The translations under genes were made by a program, and so were the position numbers. A stretch of 54,494 nucleotides of DNA, from the sequence record SRR20825006_2186. The stretch is one strand, 5' to 3'. Below, one piece after another: positions 29,055 to 38,986 of the stretch. How positions within the stretch are numbered: position 1 is the stretch's first letter; each line of letters starts with the position of its first letter. The notes under the pieces were generated by a model. The model was not told where the DNA came from. It searched no databases and saw only the letters and a list, made by a program, of their open reading frames with translations.

Positions 29055-29669
29055 TTATAGGTTTGCGAAGTTTTTAAATAATTGAATCCCGTTGCTATGG
29101 CTCTTTTCTGGGTGGAATTGCATACCAAAAATATTTTCGTGGTTCACTGCTGAAGAAAATTCAAGTCCATATTCGGTTGTGGCTAGGATATCATCTTTTG
29201 AACTACAGGAAAAATAGTAGGTGTGAAGAAAATAAAACCCTTCTTCAAATCCTATATTATCAAAAATAGGATGCCTTTTTACTGGCTCGATACTGTTCCA
29301 TCCCAAATGCGGCAAGTGAGGTTTGTGCTCAAAAATGTTACTGTCAAACTTCTTTACTTCCCCATCGATGAAACCTAGACCCTGCAGTTTTCCCTCATCA
29401 CTGCGTTTTGCCAATATCTGCATGCCAACACAAACTCCCAAGACCGGTATTTTGTTTTCCAGTACCAATCGGTTTAATTCAGCCTGAAACCCAGAATCCA
29501 AAAGCTCCTGCATTGTTTCGTCAAAAGCACCAACACCAGGTAAAATCAGCTTTGTAGCGTCGCCAAGTTGTTCTGGGTTTTCAGCAACTACACATTCTAT
29601 ATCCAACTGTTTATAAATATTTAAAATGGCCTGAATGTTCCCAGATCCATAATTTACGATTTTTATCAT
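29055..29669 (-). CDS. HisH-like glutaminase subunit (WbuY type)
   Basis: LILPGVGAF, catalytic GVCVGMQ, PHLGWN, QFHPEKS. Confidence 0.93.
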   Translation of the reverse strand: MIKIVNYGSGNIQAILNIYKQLDIECVVAENPEQLGDATKLILPGVGAFDETMQELLDSGFQAELNRLVLENKIPVLGVCVGMQILAKRSDEGKLQGLGFIDGEVKKFDSNIFEHKPHLPHLGWNSIEPVKRHPIFDNIGFEEGFYFLHTYYFSCSSKDDILATTEYGLEFSSAVNHENIFGMQFHPEKSHSNGIQLFKNFANL

Positions 29670-30796
29670 CGCTTTCCTCCTTTTTCAAGTCCAAACATCC
29701 GCATCACCTTTGCTCCAATGTTATAGATGCTTTCTTGTGATTTGTAGTCTTTATATGTTTTGTTGGGCTCATCCATATAGCCTTGCAACTCTTCTACGGA
29801 TATGCCCAATTTGTTGGCCACAAATTCAAAATCCTGTTTTATAGTTATTGGGTTGTAAGCAGGCTTTTCAAGTTCTTCCAATGCTTCTTCCCTAGTCATT
29901 TGGTTTGTTAATATCAAACTTGAAAACTGAACTTTTCTCGTGTCATATCCAAATTTCTTTGGCAGCCAATATGCTTCATAGAATCTGGTAAAGCGTGATT
30001 CAAAATGTTTTTGAGGGTATTTTTGGTAACCATAATTGTCAACCAAAAATTGCATGGCCTCATCCTTATTGTATGGAATATAGTCCAATGGCCTAATCAG
30101 CTTTATTCCTTTAAAATATGGCAAATATACTTTATGCCACAAGATATTGGTTACGGGATAATCTTTAAGTTTCCCGGTACCGTGTTTTTTATAAATATCC
30201 TTTAGTTGAATCGAATCTGACTGATAATACATCCATTCCAATGGATTTCTAACACATTCTGTTGAATAGTTGCCCCCAGTAAGAATATATTTGATTTTAT
30301 GCTTAGAGGCAAATTTATACATGGTTGCAAAAAATGCGTGATCCTGAGGTGTATCTATATGTGGCACTCCTGATTTAAAAAACGCCAACTGCAAATCTTT
30401 TATTTCTTCCCAATTTATGACTTCTGTATAAAGATCGAGACCAAGACCGTCCACCAAACGCTCAATATTATTGACGGCAATTTGTGAGTTCCATCCGGCA
30501 TCAACATGAAACACCAAAGGTCTTAAACCATATTTTTCCTTCATGGCATATAATAAGTAAGAACTGTCTATTCCCCCACTCATTCCCATTAGACAATCGA
30601 AATCCTTCCCCTTTCCTTCCTTTTTTATTTTGGCCACAATTTCCTTCAATCTTTTTTCCCCTCGTTCATCCGTGTGCCAATAGGGTAAAATATCATTATA
30701 GAATGTATTGCAATGGTCACATACTCCATTTTCGTCAAAAACAATTTTTGAGTCTGTTGTATCCATTACACAATTTGCGCATATCTGATATTCCAT
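29666..30796 (-). CDS. N-acetyl sugar amidotransferase (WbuX/WbpG family)
   Basis: N-terminal CxxC...CxxC, PP-loop SGGIDSS, HVDAGWNS, KHFESRFT. Confidence 0.93.
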   Translation of the reverse strand: MEYQICANCVMDTTDSKIVFDENGVCDHCNTFYNDILPYWHTDERGEKRLKEIVAKIKKEGKGKDFDCLMGMSGGIDSSYLLYAMKEKYGLRPLVFHVDAGWNSQIAVNNIERLVDGLGLDLYTEVINWEEIKDLQLAFFKSGVPHIDTPQDHAFFATMYKFASKHKIKYILTGGNYSTECVRNPLEWMYYQSDSIQLKDIYKKHGTGKLKDYPVTNILWHKVYLPYFKGIKLIRPLDYIPYNKDEAMQFLVDNYGYQKYPQKHFESRFTRFYEAYWLPKKFGYDTRKVQFSSLILTNQMTREEALEELEKPAYNPITIKQDFEFVANKLGISVEELQGYMDEPNKTYKDYKSQESIYNIGAKVMRMFGLEKGGKR

Positions 30797-30825
30797 TATA
30801 GATTCCTCTTTACGTTTTTACTTAA

Positions 30826-31986
30826 TTATTGTTCGATCGCTCTTTTGGCTATTTTGGAGTAGGTAAATCTTTCTACTCCCCTTCCCATAGCATTTGTTTT
30901 CATTTTTGAGTATAGCTCTTTGTTTTTGTATATGTCCAATATTTTATTTGCTATGCTTTTAACTGTGACCTCATCAAGAAATTCACAGTTTCCACCCACA
31001 TCTACATGATCTATGTTGTTCCACTTCTTAAAAACACATGGCAGCCCAACTCCCACAGATTGTTCCCATAATACTGAATGGGTACCCGGAAAAAAGCCAA
31101 GGTCGGAAGCAAACAAAATAGAATATATATCTTGAGATGAAAGCCACCCTAAAAATATTATGTTTTTGTTGGCGGACAACCTTTCTATTTCAGCTTTCAT
31201 CTCGTTGTTGGGCGATCCAAATATAATAAGCTTGATGTTGTCTGTCTTTAAGACTTCCATTGCCCTCATCAAGTAATGAATATTCTTCCTTCTATCAATC
31301 TTGCCTCCAGTAACAATGACAAAATCATTTTCTTCCAGCTTTAATTTTTTCCTCGTGCTCTTTCTAATGTTTTCCCGTTGAGCAAAATCAAATGAGCTAT
31401 CATCAGCTCCCAACTCGAGAAGTTCAACTTTTCTTTCATCAATTCCATATACATTTTTGAAAAATTCGACCCGCAAAGGTAAGGTGCCGTAAAATTTTGT
31501 GGTGTATGGCTCTATTTTTTTTACACAATACCTATAGATTATTTTGTGTAGAATGTTTTTGGAAACCCAATTTCTTGCGCTGTTTATGAAATCTGTATGC
31601 CCATCCACATATACTTTGGCATCCTTTTTTTTCTTCACATAACGTACAATTTGATTGATGCTCAAAAATTGTGAATCGTGCAAAAATATAATGTCTGGTT
31701 CGAATCTGGACAGTACCTCTCCAAGACCGCTGTAAATTCTTAATTTCTTTACTAATATGTGAGGCAGCCAGCTTACATATGGAATTCTGGAAACAGGGAT
31801 TCCGTTTTCGTTAACATAAACACTTGGTTCCACATATCCTAGTGCCTTATTGTCCAAATAGGTTTCTGTAGATGCGACGATTTCAATATCGTGCCCCTGT
31901 ATTTTATGCAGCTTAGGCAGAATGTTTTCTTGATATCCATAATTATCTATGTAAAAAGCCGCCAAACAACAGTGTAGTATTTTCAT
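30826..31986 (-). CDS. GT4 glycosyltransferase
   Basis: GYQEN.L N-terminus, [28 protein letters not shown]. Confidence 0.88.
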   Translation of the reverse strand: MKILHCCLAAFYIDNYGYQENILPKLHKIQGHDIEIVASTETYLDNKALGYVEPSVYVNENGIPVSRIPYVSWLPHILVKKLRIYSGLGEVLSRFEPDIIFLHDSQFLSINQIVRYVKKKKDAKVYVDGHTDFINSARNWVSKNILHKIIYRYCVKKIEPYTTKFYGTLPLRVEFFKNVYGIDERKVELLELGADDSSFDFAQRENIRKSTRKKLKLEENDFVIVTGGKIDRRKNIHYLMRAMEVLKTDNIKLIIFGSPNNEMKAEIERLSANKNIIFLGWLSSQDIYSILFASDLGFFPGTHSVLWEQSVGVGLPCVFKKWNNIDHVDVGGNCEFLDEVTVKSIANKILDIYKNKELYSKMKTNAMGRGVERFTYSKIAKRAIEQ

Positions 31987-32594
31987 TCATTCATTTTTTG
32001 GATGAAAAGTTTTGGGTCCCTAATATAAACTGCCAACCTTATAAGTTTCTCATCAGTAAAGTTCCACCATTCAGATTTTAACAGTTCGGCTATAATCGAT
32101 TCTGAGAATCTTTTCTTTATCTCGAGGGCCGGTACTCCACCTACAATCGTGTATGGGGGTACGTCTTTTGTGACAACACTACCCATTCCCACCACTGCCC
32201 CCGTCCCAATGGTAACGCCTTGTTTTATAAGTACATTTTGACCAATCCAAACATCATGGCCGATTTTTGTCTCAAGGATTTCCTTACGCTTGTGTGTGGC
32301 ATATTTTTTTTTTACACTATCCCTTCCTTCATAAAACACAGGAGATGTGGAAACCCAATCGATTGGATGCATCCCTCCACCAACTATGACTCCATTGGCT
32401 ATGGAACAAAAAGATCCTATCTCGGCATGGTTTATGTCGCAATTGTAGCCACAGAATGAATGTTTGTCCATTGAGGAGTTTACAAAATTGGTACCTGCCT
32501 CGACCTTTGATGTAGGATGAATTTTTGAGTGTGCTATTGCACTGCCCCTTATTTTTTTAAAAAATTTAGCCCAATAATAAATGAGTTTTTTCAT
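31983..32594 (-). CDS. Hexapeptide-repeat O-acetyltransferase (CatB/XAT-related)
   Basis: [41 protein letters not shown]. Confidence 0.9.
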   Translation of the reverse strand: MKKLIYYWAKFFKKIRGSAIAHSKIHPTSKVEAGTNFVNSSMDKHSFCGYNCDINHAEIGSFCSIANGVIVGGGMHPIDWVSTSPVFYEGRDSVKKKYATHKRKEILETKIGHDVWIGQNVLIKQGVTIGTGAVVGMGSVVTKDVPPYTIVGGVPALEIKKRFSESIIAELLKSEWWNFTDEKLIRLAVYIRDPKLFIQKMNE

Positions 32595-32627
32595 ATACCT
32601 TATTTTATCATTCGAAACTAATAGTTA

Positions 32628-33740
32628 TCAGTTATTTATTGGTATAAATTGAAATGGTGCACATTGGTTTTCCCCCTTCAATATTTTGTACATAAAAAAT
32701 AAAATCTGGGTTATCAATAACAAATATAGGAATAGCTTGTACTTTGACCTGCCCAAATAATACGCAATTGCCGCAAGACAAAAAATTTCAAACCAAATGA
32801 ACAAATAATAGATTCGTCCTAAAATCTCATACTTCCAAAAGAAATTATAAAGTATGGCACCAAAAAAATATAAATTGTAATAGATTTTGAGCCTGGGGTT
32901 TTTCTGTAGAAAGCTTTTTGAAAGGATAATAACAAGGAGGCCAACCAAGAAAAAATAGATTCCCCCCAAACCCATACTCAATGGCTCGTCGAAGTCTTGT
33001 AAAAAACGTGTTACATAATGTTGGTATTTCGGAATCTTTGAAGCTCCATAAACTACCAAGCTCCTGACATCTATCCTATCACCAATTATAAAGGTGACAA
33101 TATAGATGAAAACCCACTTTTTGCCAGTAAAGGAAATTTTGTTAATGAAAAAATAAAATGGGTATGCCATCAAAATACTGGTGTGAAAGGAAAATGCCAG
33201 CAATAAGTACAAGGAATATTTTAGCAAGGATTTTTCCTCGATATATTTAATTGCGTACATGAAGATGACCAAGGCGATGGTTTGCCGCATCCCGTTCATG
33301 GATGCAAAAAAGAATCCAGTAGTGAAGGCAAAAAACAAACCCCATTTTAAAAGATATGGGAAAACCTCATAACTTTTAATAAAATAATACCAAGTAATAA
33401 GAGCCGTAAACATGAAAAGGCTCCACGAGCCCAGCCCTAAAGCGCTAAGTACACGTCCAACTAACCAATATCCGAGTTCATATCTGTTCCATTGGCCATT
33501 ACCCTCCGCTATACCATCAAAATCATGTTTATATCCTAAAAAATCAACCCCCACATCATACCTAAGACCAATTACGAGCATCAATACAAAAAGGCCCAAC
33601 ATAAGGGGCCATCTCCAAATGGTCGTTCTTTTTCCAATACGAACCAGGCTGTTGCGGGCAACAAGTAATTTTTGGTTATGGGAAGAAACCGTATACAATA
33701 ATACCAACAATAAAAGATATATGATGTAGGCCAATATCAT
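32628..33740 (-). CDS. EpsG-family polysaccharide polymerase (Wzy)
   Basis: GLRYDVGVDF..Y, E.GY, NGMRQTIA, FHTS; multi-TM. Confidence 0.88.
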   Translation of the reverse strand: MILAYIIYLLLLVLLYTVSSHNQKLLVARNSLVRIGKRTTIWRWPLMLGLFVLMLVIGLRYDVGVDFLGYKHDFDGIAEGNGQWNRYELGYWLVGRVLSALGLGSWSLFMFTALITWYYFIKSYEVFPYLLKWGLFFAFTTGFFFASMNGMRQTIALVIFMYAIKYIEEKSLLKYSLYLLLAFSFHTSILMAYPFYFFINKISFTGKKWVFIYIVTFIIGDRIDVRSLVVYGASKIPKYQHYVTRFLQDFDEPLSMGLGGIYFFLVGLLVIILSKSFLQKNPRLKIYYNLYFFGAILYNFFWKYEILGRIYYLFIWFEIFCLAAIAYYLGRSKYKLFLYLLLITQILFFMYKILKGENQCAPFQFIPINN

Positions 33741-33760
33741 GTTTGGTCGTTGTTATAAAT

Positions 33761-34930
33761 TCATTGAATATCAATATTCTCCATTATTTGCAACAGTTTT
33801 TTCTGTTCTATGCTCCAGTTAAAGACCGTTTTGGCAAATTTTGAAGACTTAACACAACTCTTGTATAATAATTTGTCCTCATTTAATTTATCAATTGCCT
33901 CGGTTATATCGTTTACATTTTCAGGATTCACCAGAATCCCCGCTTTTGCAACTTCATGCACGTGTTTTATTTCCGGAAAATTACTGGCTATGTAGGGTAC
34001 TCCGACCATTATGGTTTCATATAGTTTGTTCGGTGCTGCCAGATAATAGCTAATAGAGACATTTTCGATTAAAACTAAACTAATATCCGCACTTTTGGTC
34101 CAAAAAAGTAGTTCTTTCCAAGGTACAGGGGGCAAAATATGCAAGTTGGCGAATCCAAAATCACCAGCTGTTTTTAATAACTTGTCCTTGTATTCTTCTG
34201 TAATAAACCCCAGAAGAACCAAATGGATTTTATTTTGGATTTTAGATTTTGCGCAGGCTTTTATCGATACTTCCAGTCCTCTTCCAGGAGACAACATACC
34301 TTGGTATAATAATATTTTACTTGCCTTTGGTAAGTTTAGTTCCTTCCTGATCAGGTTTTCATTGTCCACATCCACATAAGAGGGAACATTTCTAATAACC
34401 TCAACTTTATCCAGACCATACCATTTTTCCATCAACTTTGCCCTTTCCAGATCTGCAGCTATTACCCCGTTCGATTTATTCAACATCCATTTCTCTATTT
34501 TAATGACCTGTCGATTCAAAAACTTATTCAATTTTTTATTGCCCACCCTTTTTCGGTCACCTTCCAGTTCATTCGCAGAATATATGAACTTGGTCTTGAA
34601 AAACTTTGAAATAACATATACGATTACCAAATCTTCAATTCCAATGGGTATATAAATATCAGCCTTTTGCTTTTTTGCGCTGAAATATAACCTGGCCATC
34701 CCTTCTAAAATTCTGAAGATGGAAAAAAGTGAACTTTTAAGCGCTCGGGATTTTATGGAAATATATGTTGTTTCATACGGATATTCTGATATGGGCTTGC
34801 CTCCTCTGGGCATAATGCTCAACACATTTACTTGGTATTTGCCACTTTGTTGAAGTGCATGAGCAGTTCTGTGCACCCTCGAAATAAAGGTAATATCACT
34901 TGCTCTTATGATACAGATTTTCTTTTTCAC
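33761..34930 (-). CDS. GT4 glycosyltransferase
   Basis: GTG start; LYQGMLSPGRGLE, APNKLYE..GVPYIASNFP. Confidence 0.9.
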   Translation of the reverse strand: MKKKICIIRASDITFISRVHRTAHALQQSGKYQVNVLSIMPRGGKPISEYPYETTYISIKSRALKSSLFSIFRILEGMARLYFSAKKQKADIYIPIGIEDLVIVYVISKFFKTKFIYSANELEGDRKRVGNKKLNKFLNRQVIKIEKWMLNKSNGVIAADLERAKLMEKWYGLDKVEVIRNVPSYVDVDNENLIRKELNLPKASKILLYQGMLSPGRGLEVSIKACAKSKIQNKIHLVLLGFITEEYKDKLLKTAGDFGFANLHILPPVPWKELLFWTKSADISLVLIENVSISYYLAAPNKLYETIMVGVPYIASNFPEIKHVHEVAKAGILVNPENVNDITEAIDKLNEDKLLYKSCVKSSKFAKTVFNWSIEQKKLLQIMENIDIQ

Positions 34931-34966
34931 GTATTTATATTGTAGTTCTGCCCAGAGTACTATTGA

Positions 34967-36034
34967 TTATCCTAATAAACATTTTTTAAGGAACCCCAAG
35001 GAACTAGTTCTTTCATCTTGCATTATCTGATCTATTTTTTCATAATCAAAGTCGTCCTGCAGGACTTTTTCGTCAATGTCCTTTAGATTATGGAATAACC
35101 TGTCCTTTCTGTTTATAAGTCCCAAAAGATTCTCTATTCTGGTAATGCCTCGATTGGGATTGGACAACACAATGAACTTCTTGTTGAAAATTATGGAAAA
35201 TACGGTGCAGTGGAACGAATCTGTTACAACTATTTCACTCTTACCAATATAATAAAGCCATTTTGCAACACTGTTAAATAACCAAAAGTCATACTTGTTG
35301 GAAATCTTTAACCCCTTGATTTTTTTAAATTTTAGGTTGTTTTTTTTGGCAAATGCCTTAAAAAATAATTTGTTCTCCTTCGAATCGTCCAAAAGCATAT
35401 AAGACAATAAATTGTTTTTGCCTTTTTTAGCTTTTATTTCTCGTTTTACAATATTTTCATAATGGCTCTTGTCCAAGAGCAAGGTCGAATCAAGAACCAA
35501 TTCAGCTTCTGCGTTGAAGATATCATTGCATATTTTTACTCCAGAAGCTTCACGCACAGAAATATGATCAAAACGCTGTACCAAATTGCCAATTTCATTA
35601 GTAATCTCCTCATTACCTTCCCATTCATCCAAACCGAAACTGGCAGCGTATGATACTTTTTTATTCTGTCGGTTTACGAAATCAAAAAAATAGCGCCTCA
35701 GATTATCATGTTGTTCCCTGTAACGCCATACTTGGTCACTGCCAACAATAAAGGTGTCCAACTCTTTGTTCAAATCACTGATATCGCTGCCAATGGGAAG
35801 AATATCAATATACTTATTCCTGAATCTTGTGAAATTATATCCTAGCAAAAATCGAATTAAATCGAACAATTGTTGTTTGAGACCATTGGACGTTTTCGGC
35901 TTAAAATCAATAATCTTAACATCCAATCCCAATTCCTTTACCGCATTTAAGATCGCATAGGTTTGTAATAGCGCACCAAAATTATTGTTGGAATAATGAA
36001 ACGTTAAAATTCCTACTCTAAGACTCTTCTTCAT
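34967..36034 (-). CDS. Polysaccharide pyruvyl transferase family protein
   Basis: NFGALLQTYA, IVGSDQVW, SYAASFG, ISVRE, VTDSFHCTVFSI. Confidence 0.93.
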   Translation of the reverse strand: MKKSLRVGILTFHYSNNNFGALLQTYAILNAVKELGLDVKIIDFKPKTSNGLKQQLFDLIRFLLGYNFTRFRNKYIDILPIGSDISDLNKELDTFIVGSDQVWRYREQHDNLRRYFFDFVNRQNKKVSYAASFGLDEWEGNEEITNEIGNLVQRFDHISVREASGVKICNDIFNAEAELVLDSTLLLDKSHYENIVKREIKAKKGKNNLLSYMLLDDSKENKLFFKAFAKKNNLKFKKIKGLKISNKYDFWLFNSVAKWLYYIGKSEIVVTDSFHCTVFSIIFNKKFIVLSNPNRGITRIENLLGLINRKDRLFHNLKDIDEKVLQDDFDYEKIDQIMQDERTSSLGFLKKCLLG

Positions 36035-37557
36035 GATTTAAGTTTGGGTAATTTATCCTTTATTTTTTTCAACTGTTCGCGTTCAAAGGTATCCATTCCA
36101 AACTGGTAAAACGTAAAAGCATATATTAACACTGAAATAAATCCGATTATAATAAGCTTAACTAAATTATCTGGCAAATAATATGCGGGTATTGAACAAA
36201 CCAACAATGTAAGCAAGAAAGGTGGTATAATTTTGAAAATTACACTATGATAATAGAGTTTTAACGACAATCCCAATATTTTTTTGGAAATAATCAACCT
36301 AAACAAGCATGCCAAAAGCTCTATCATAATGAAAGAAATTAAGCCATAGTAGGCAGGGTAACCCAGTTCAAAGATAAGGTAAGCTATTGGTAGGTTAAGA
36401 ATCAGTATAGTTCCTACAATAGACTGATAAAGTTTAATATTTCCAACTGATTGAATCGCTGTTTGAAGCCCAATGGTTAATTGGTTGGTTAAAGTGCCGC
36501 CCAAATAGAGCAACGAGAAGATAATTGTATTTTCAGGTATTTCCTTTAACCAAATTTTGAAAATATAGTTGATGTTGAACGCAAAGGGAATCAACAGAAA
36601 AGACAAGAGGAAAAAGCTGAACTTCGTTGCTCTCAACGAAAGTGAAATCATAGATTTGCGTTCACCTTTACCCTCATTTTTCATTATTTGGGGGTTTACG
36701 GCCTTTAGCATATTGGACGAAAAGCTAAATATTTGACTTCCCACTTGTGCGGCAACTCCGAATGATGCATTTACAACGGTTCCAAAAAACAGATTCATTA
36801 TTACAGCCAACCCTTGGTTTTTGGCAACGCCACATAAAGCCCCAAAAGAATTCCAACCAGCAAAGGATGACATTTCTTTAAAAACTCTCACATCAAAAAG
36901 CTTAATTGATAGTGACCGACATTCATCGAAGTTGCTATAACAATAGAATGCTTTGATTAACCTTGTAGCTAAGGTTATAACCAAGATGCTAAAAGAATAC
37001 ATTTCCAACTTGCTTTCGGACAACATGGATATCCAAAATGCGGACACCAATTTTAAAGTGACTTCAACTGTGCTAACAATGGACTCGAACGCCAACTTTT
37101 CGTGTGAGATAATGGAAGCATCAAAAGGAACAAAAACAATGGTTAAAAAAGAGGTGCCCACCAAACATTGGAATGTGAACTTTGCAGCCGATATCCTGTC
37201 CTGTGGAATGGTCAGAAACCCATCAAACAAAAAAAGCCCTGAAATCTCCAACCCCATAAGAATCAAAATAGCAAGACCTAAATGCAAGCAAACACTCGAA
37301 TAAAAAACACTTTTTAATTTATGCTCTTGTTTGGCCCCAATAAAATAAGACAAAAATCTCTGTGTAGAGAGCGCCATAGCCGAATTTAAAAAGGCCAAAA
37401 GACCAACAACCCCCATGATAAGATTGTAGATTCCATAATCTACAACACCTAATTCAATTAATAAAATTCTGGTTATCAACAAGGATAATACCATTGTAAT
37501 AACCATTTTCAGGTATAGAAAAGAAGTGTTTTTTAAAATCAGTTTGGAAGAACTCAT
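36031..37557 (-). CDS. wzx: Wzx-type flippase (MOP superfamily)
   Basis: 508 aa; KNTSFLY, R.LL.ELGVVDYGIY, TQRFLS, FAGWN, PQIMK; 12-14 TM. Confidence 0.88.
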   Translation of the reverse strand: MSSSKLILKNTSFLYLKMVITMVLSLLITRILLIELGVVDYGIYNLIMGVVGLLAFLNSAMALSTQRFLSYFIGAKQEHKLKSVFYSSVCLHLGLAILILMGLEISGLFLFDGFLTIPQDRISAAKFTFQCLVGTSFLTIVFVPFDASIISHEKLAFESIVSTVEVTLKLVSAFWISMLSESKLEMYSFSILVITLATRLIKAFYCYSNFDECRSLSIKLFDVRVFKEMSSFAGWNSFGALCGVAKNQGLAVIMNLFFGTVVNASFGVAAQVGSQIFSFSSNMLKAVNPQIMKNEGKGERKSMISLSLRATKFSFFLLSFLLIPFAFNINYIFKIWLKEIPENTIIFSLLYLGGTLTNQLTIGLQTAIQSVGNIKLYQSIVGTILILNLPIAYLIFELGYPAYYGLISFIMIELLACLFRLIISKKILGLSLKLYYHSVIFKIIPPFLLTLLVCSIPAYYLPDNLVKLIIIGFISVLIYAFTFYQFGMDTFEREQLKKIKDKLPKLKS

Positions 37558-37592
37558 AATGTGATTCTAAATCGACAAGCATTAGGCCTGGT

Positions 37593-38975
37593 TTATTGTC
37601 CCCAGTTGAATGTCCTTTTGATTTTATTCCATATTCTCTTGGTTAAACTTACCTTGTTCAACTTGGAATTAATAGCGATAAATGGCTCGAGCTCTTTTTT
37701 TAAGGCGCTCAAATCTTCATGGTTTTTTGAGCTAAAGGAAACCTCTTGCATTTTAATTCGATTCTCGTAGATACGAGCTCGTTTCTCGTCGGCAAGTTTC
37801 TGAGCAGAGTATCTTTTTTGTGGCCTCCATTCGTTATTTTTATCCTGGAGAAAAAGTCGATGTCTCAATCCCTCCCTCCTATGCCTAAACCCTCCTGCCT
37901 GACTCTTTATCAAATCTTCTTTGGAAAGTTCTTCGACAAAAAGGGTTTGCTCTTCCACCCCTTTTTTTATGAGCTCATCCAGATATTGGTTTCTTACCAC
38001 AATTACATTGGTTCCCTTGGCATCATCCAAATATTGTGGAAGCCAGGCATCTCCAAAAGAGATATCCGCTGTTTCTCCAATCACATCGTCACAATAGTCA
38101 CATGCTTTCAATTTAAATAGGTTTAATCCCCAATTGGTACCAAACAGACTCTTGTTGAGTTTGACTTTTTTTTCGTTGGAGGTGGTTAGGATAGATGTGC
38201 CATAATCCGAAGCCGATCTGTTGGGTATCTTATGTCTAAAATCAAACTTTATCAATTCCTGTTTGGGAACGCCAAATTGATTCAGAAGCACATCCATGTA
38301 GTGTGTTGTTTTCAAATGACCACAAAAAATGGAAACTGTATGGACAATCCTTTCCTTGAACACCTCTTCTGAAAATCTCAACAGTTGTATGCCTTTAATG
38401 AAACATGGCACGCCCACAATTGCATACTTTCCCGGATAGTTCCTAATTCTTTCCAGTACTTTTTCCAATGTTATCGGATAATACCGCGATTTGGCACCTT
38501 CTTGTAGTTCCAATAGGTTGGAACTTATGTCATATTCATAAAAAACATCGCTTTTGTCATTGTCGGATTGTTTCACATGAATAATAAAATCCACCTTCCT
38601 TTCATTGAACAATTGAGCGCATAGCCATGAGACCCCTCCCCCTGAACTTCCTTTTTGCCTATAGTCCCCTTCCTTTACAAACCCAGCATAAATACTCCTA
38701 AAATGACCTATTTCTTTTTCCCTCATGATCTGATCTACATTGGAAAACAATTTTTTAGAAATATTGTCTTCATTGAAATCATGATTAGCAAATGGACAAA
38801 CCACGTGTGTTTCAGAAGCGGCAGAAGAGCTCTTATAGGGTTCAAAATTACCATTGGAGGTTAGGCCCATTTTAAGAACGCTTCCCTCCGAAGCGGTACA
38901 GACGCCACAACCGGAACAATATCCTCCTTTGACCACAGTGTCCATTAATTCTTTCGTTGAGACCTTTGATAACAT
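37593..38975 (-). CDS. FrhB/FdhB-family (F420 hydrogenase beta-like) Fe-S flavoprotein
   Basis: CSGCGVC...VCP ferredoxin, GSSGG, KSRYYP, VGVPCF, FCGH, ACDYCDD..ADISFGDAW. Confidence 0.9.
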   Translation of the reverse strand: MLSKVSTKELMDTVVKGGYCSGCGVCTASEGSVLKMGLTSNGNFEPYKSSSAASETHVVCPFANHDFNEDNISKKLFSNVDQIMREKEIGHFRSIYAGFVKEGDYRQKGSSGGGVSWLCAQLFNERKVDFIIHVKQSDNDKSDVFYEYDISSNLLELQEGAKSRYYPITLEKVLERIRNYPGKYAIVGVPCFIKGIQLLRFSEEVFKERIVHTVSIFCGHLKTTHYMDVLLNQFGVPKQELIKFDFRHKIPNRSASDYGTSILTTSNEKKVKLNKSLFGTNWGLNLFKLKACDYCDDVIGETADISFGDAWLPQYLDDAKGTNVIVVRNQYLDELIKKGVEEQTLFVEELSKEDLIKSQAGGFRHRREGLRHRLFLQDKNNEWRPQKRYSAQKLADEKRARIYENRIKMQEVSFSSKNHEDLSALKKELEPFIAINSKLNKVSLTKRIWNKIKRTFNWGQ

Positions 38976-38986
38976 ATTTATGTGAT

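Noticed and set aside
28287-29669. hisF/hisH as histidine biosynthesis genes
   Set aside because: They are coupled to a WbuX-type amidotransferase within a glycan locus and carry the AVLINYP-type HisF2 ending; no other his genes are nearby.
31983-32594. Chloramphenicol/streptogramin resistance acetyltransferase
   Set aside because: XAT fold, but embedded and translationally coupled in the polysaccharide operon; glycan O-acetylation is more parsimonious.
37593-38975. Hydrogenase or methanogen-type metabolism
   Set aside because: No large/small hydrogenase subunits, maturation genes or F420 genes in the window; context is glycan synthesis.
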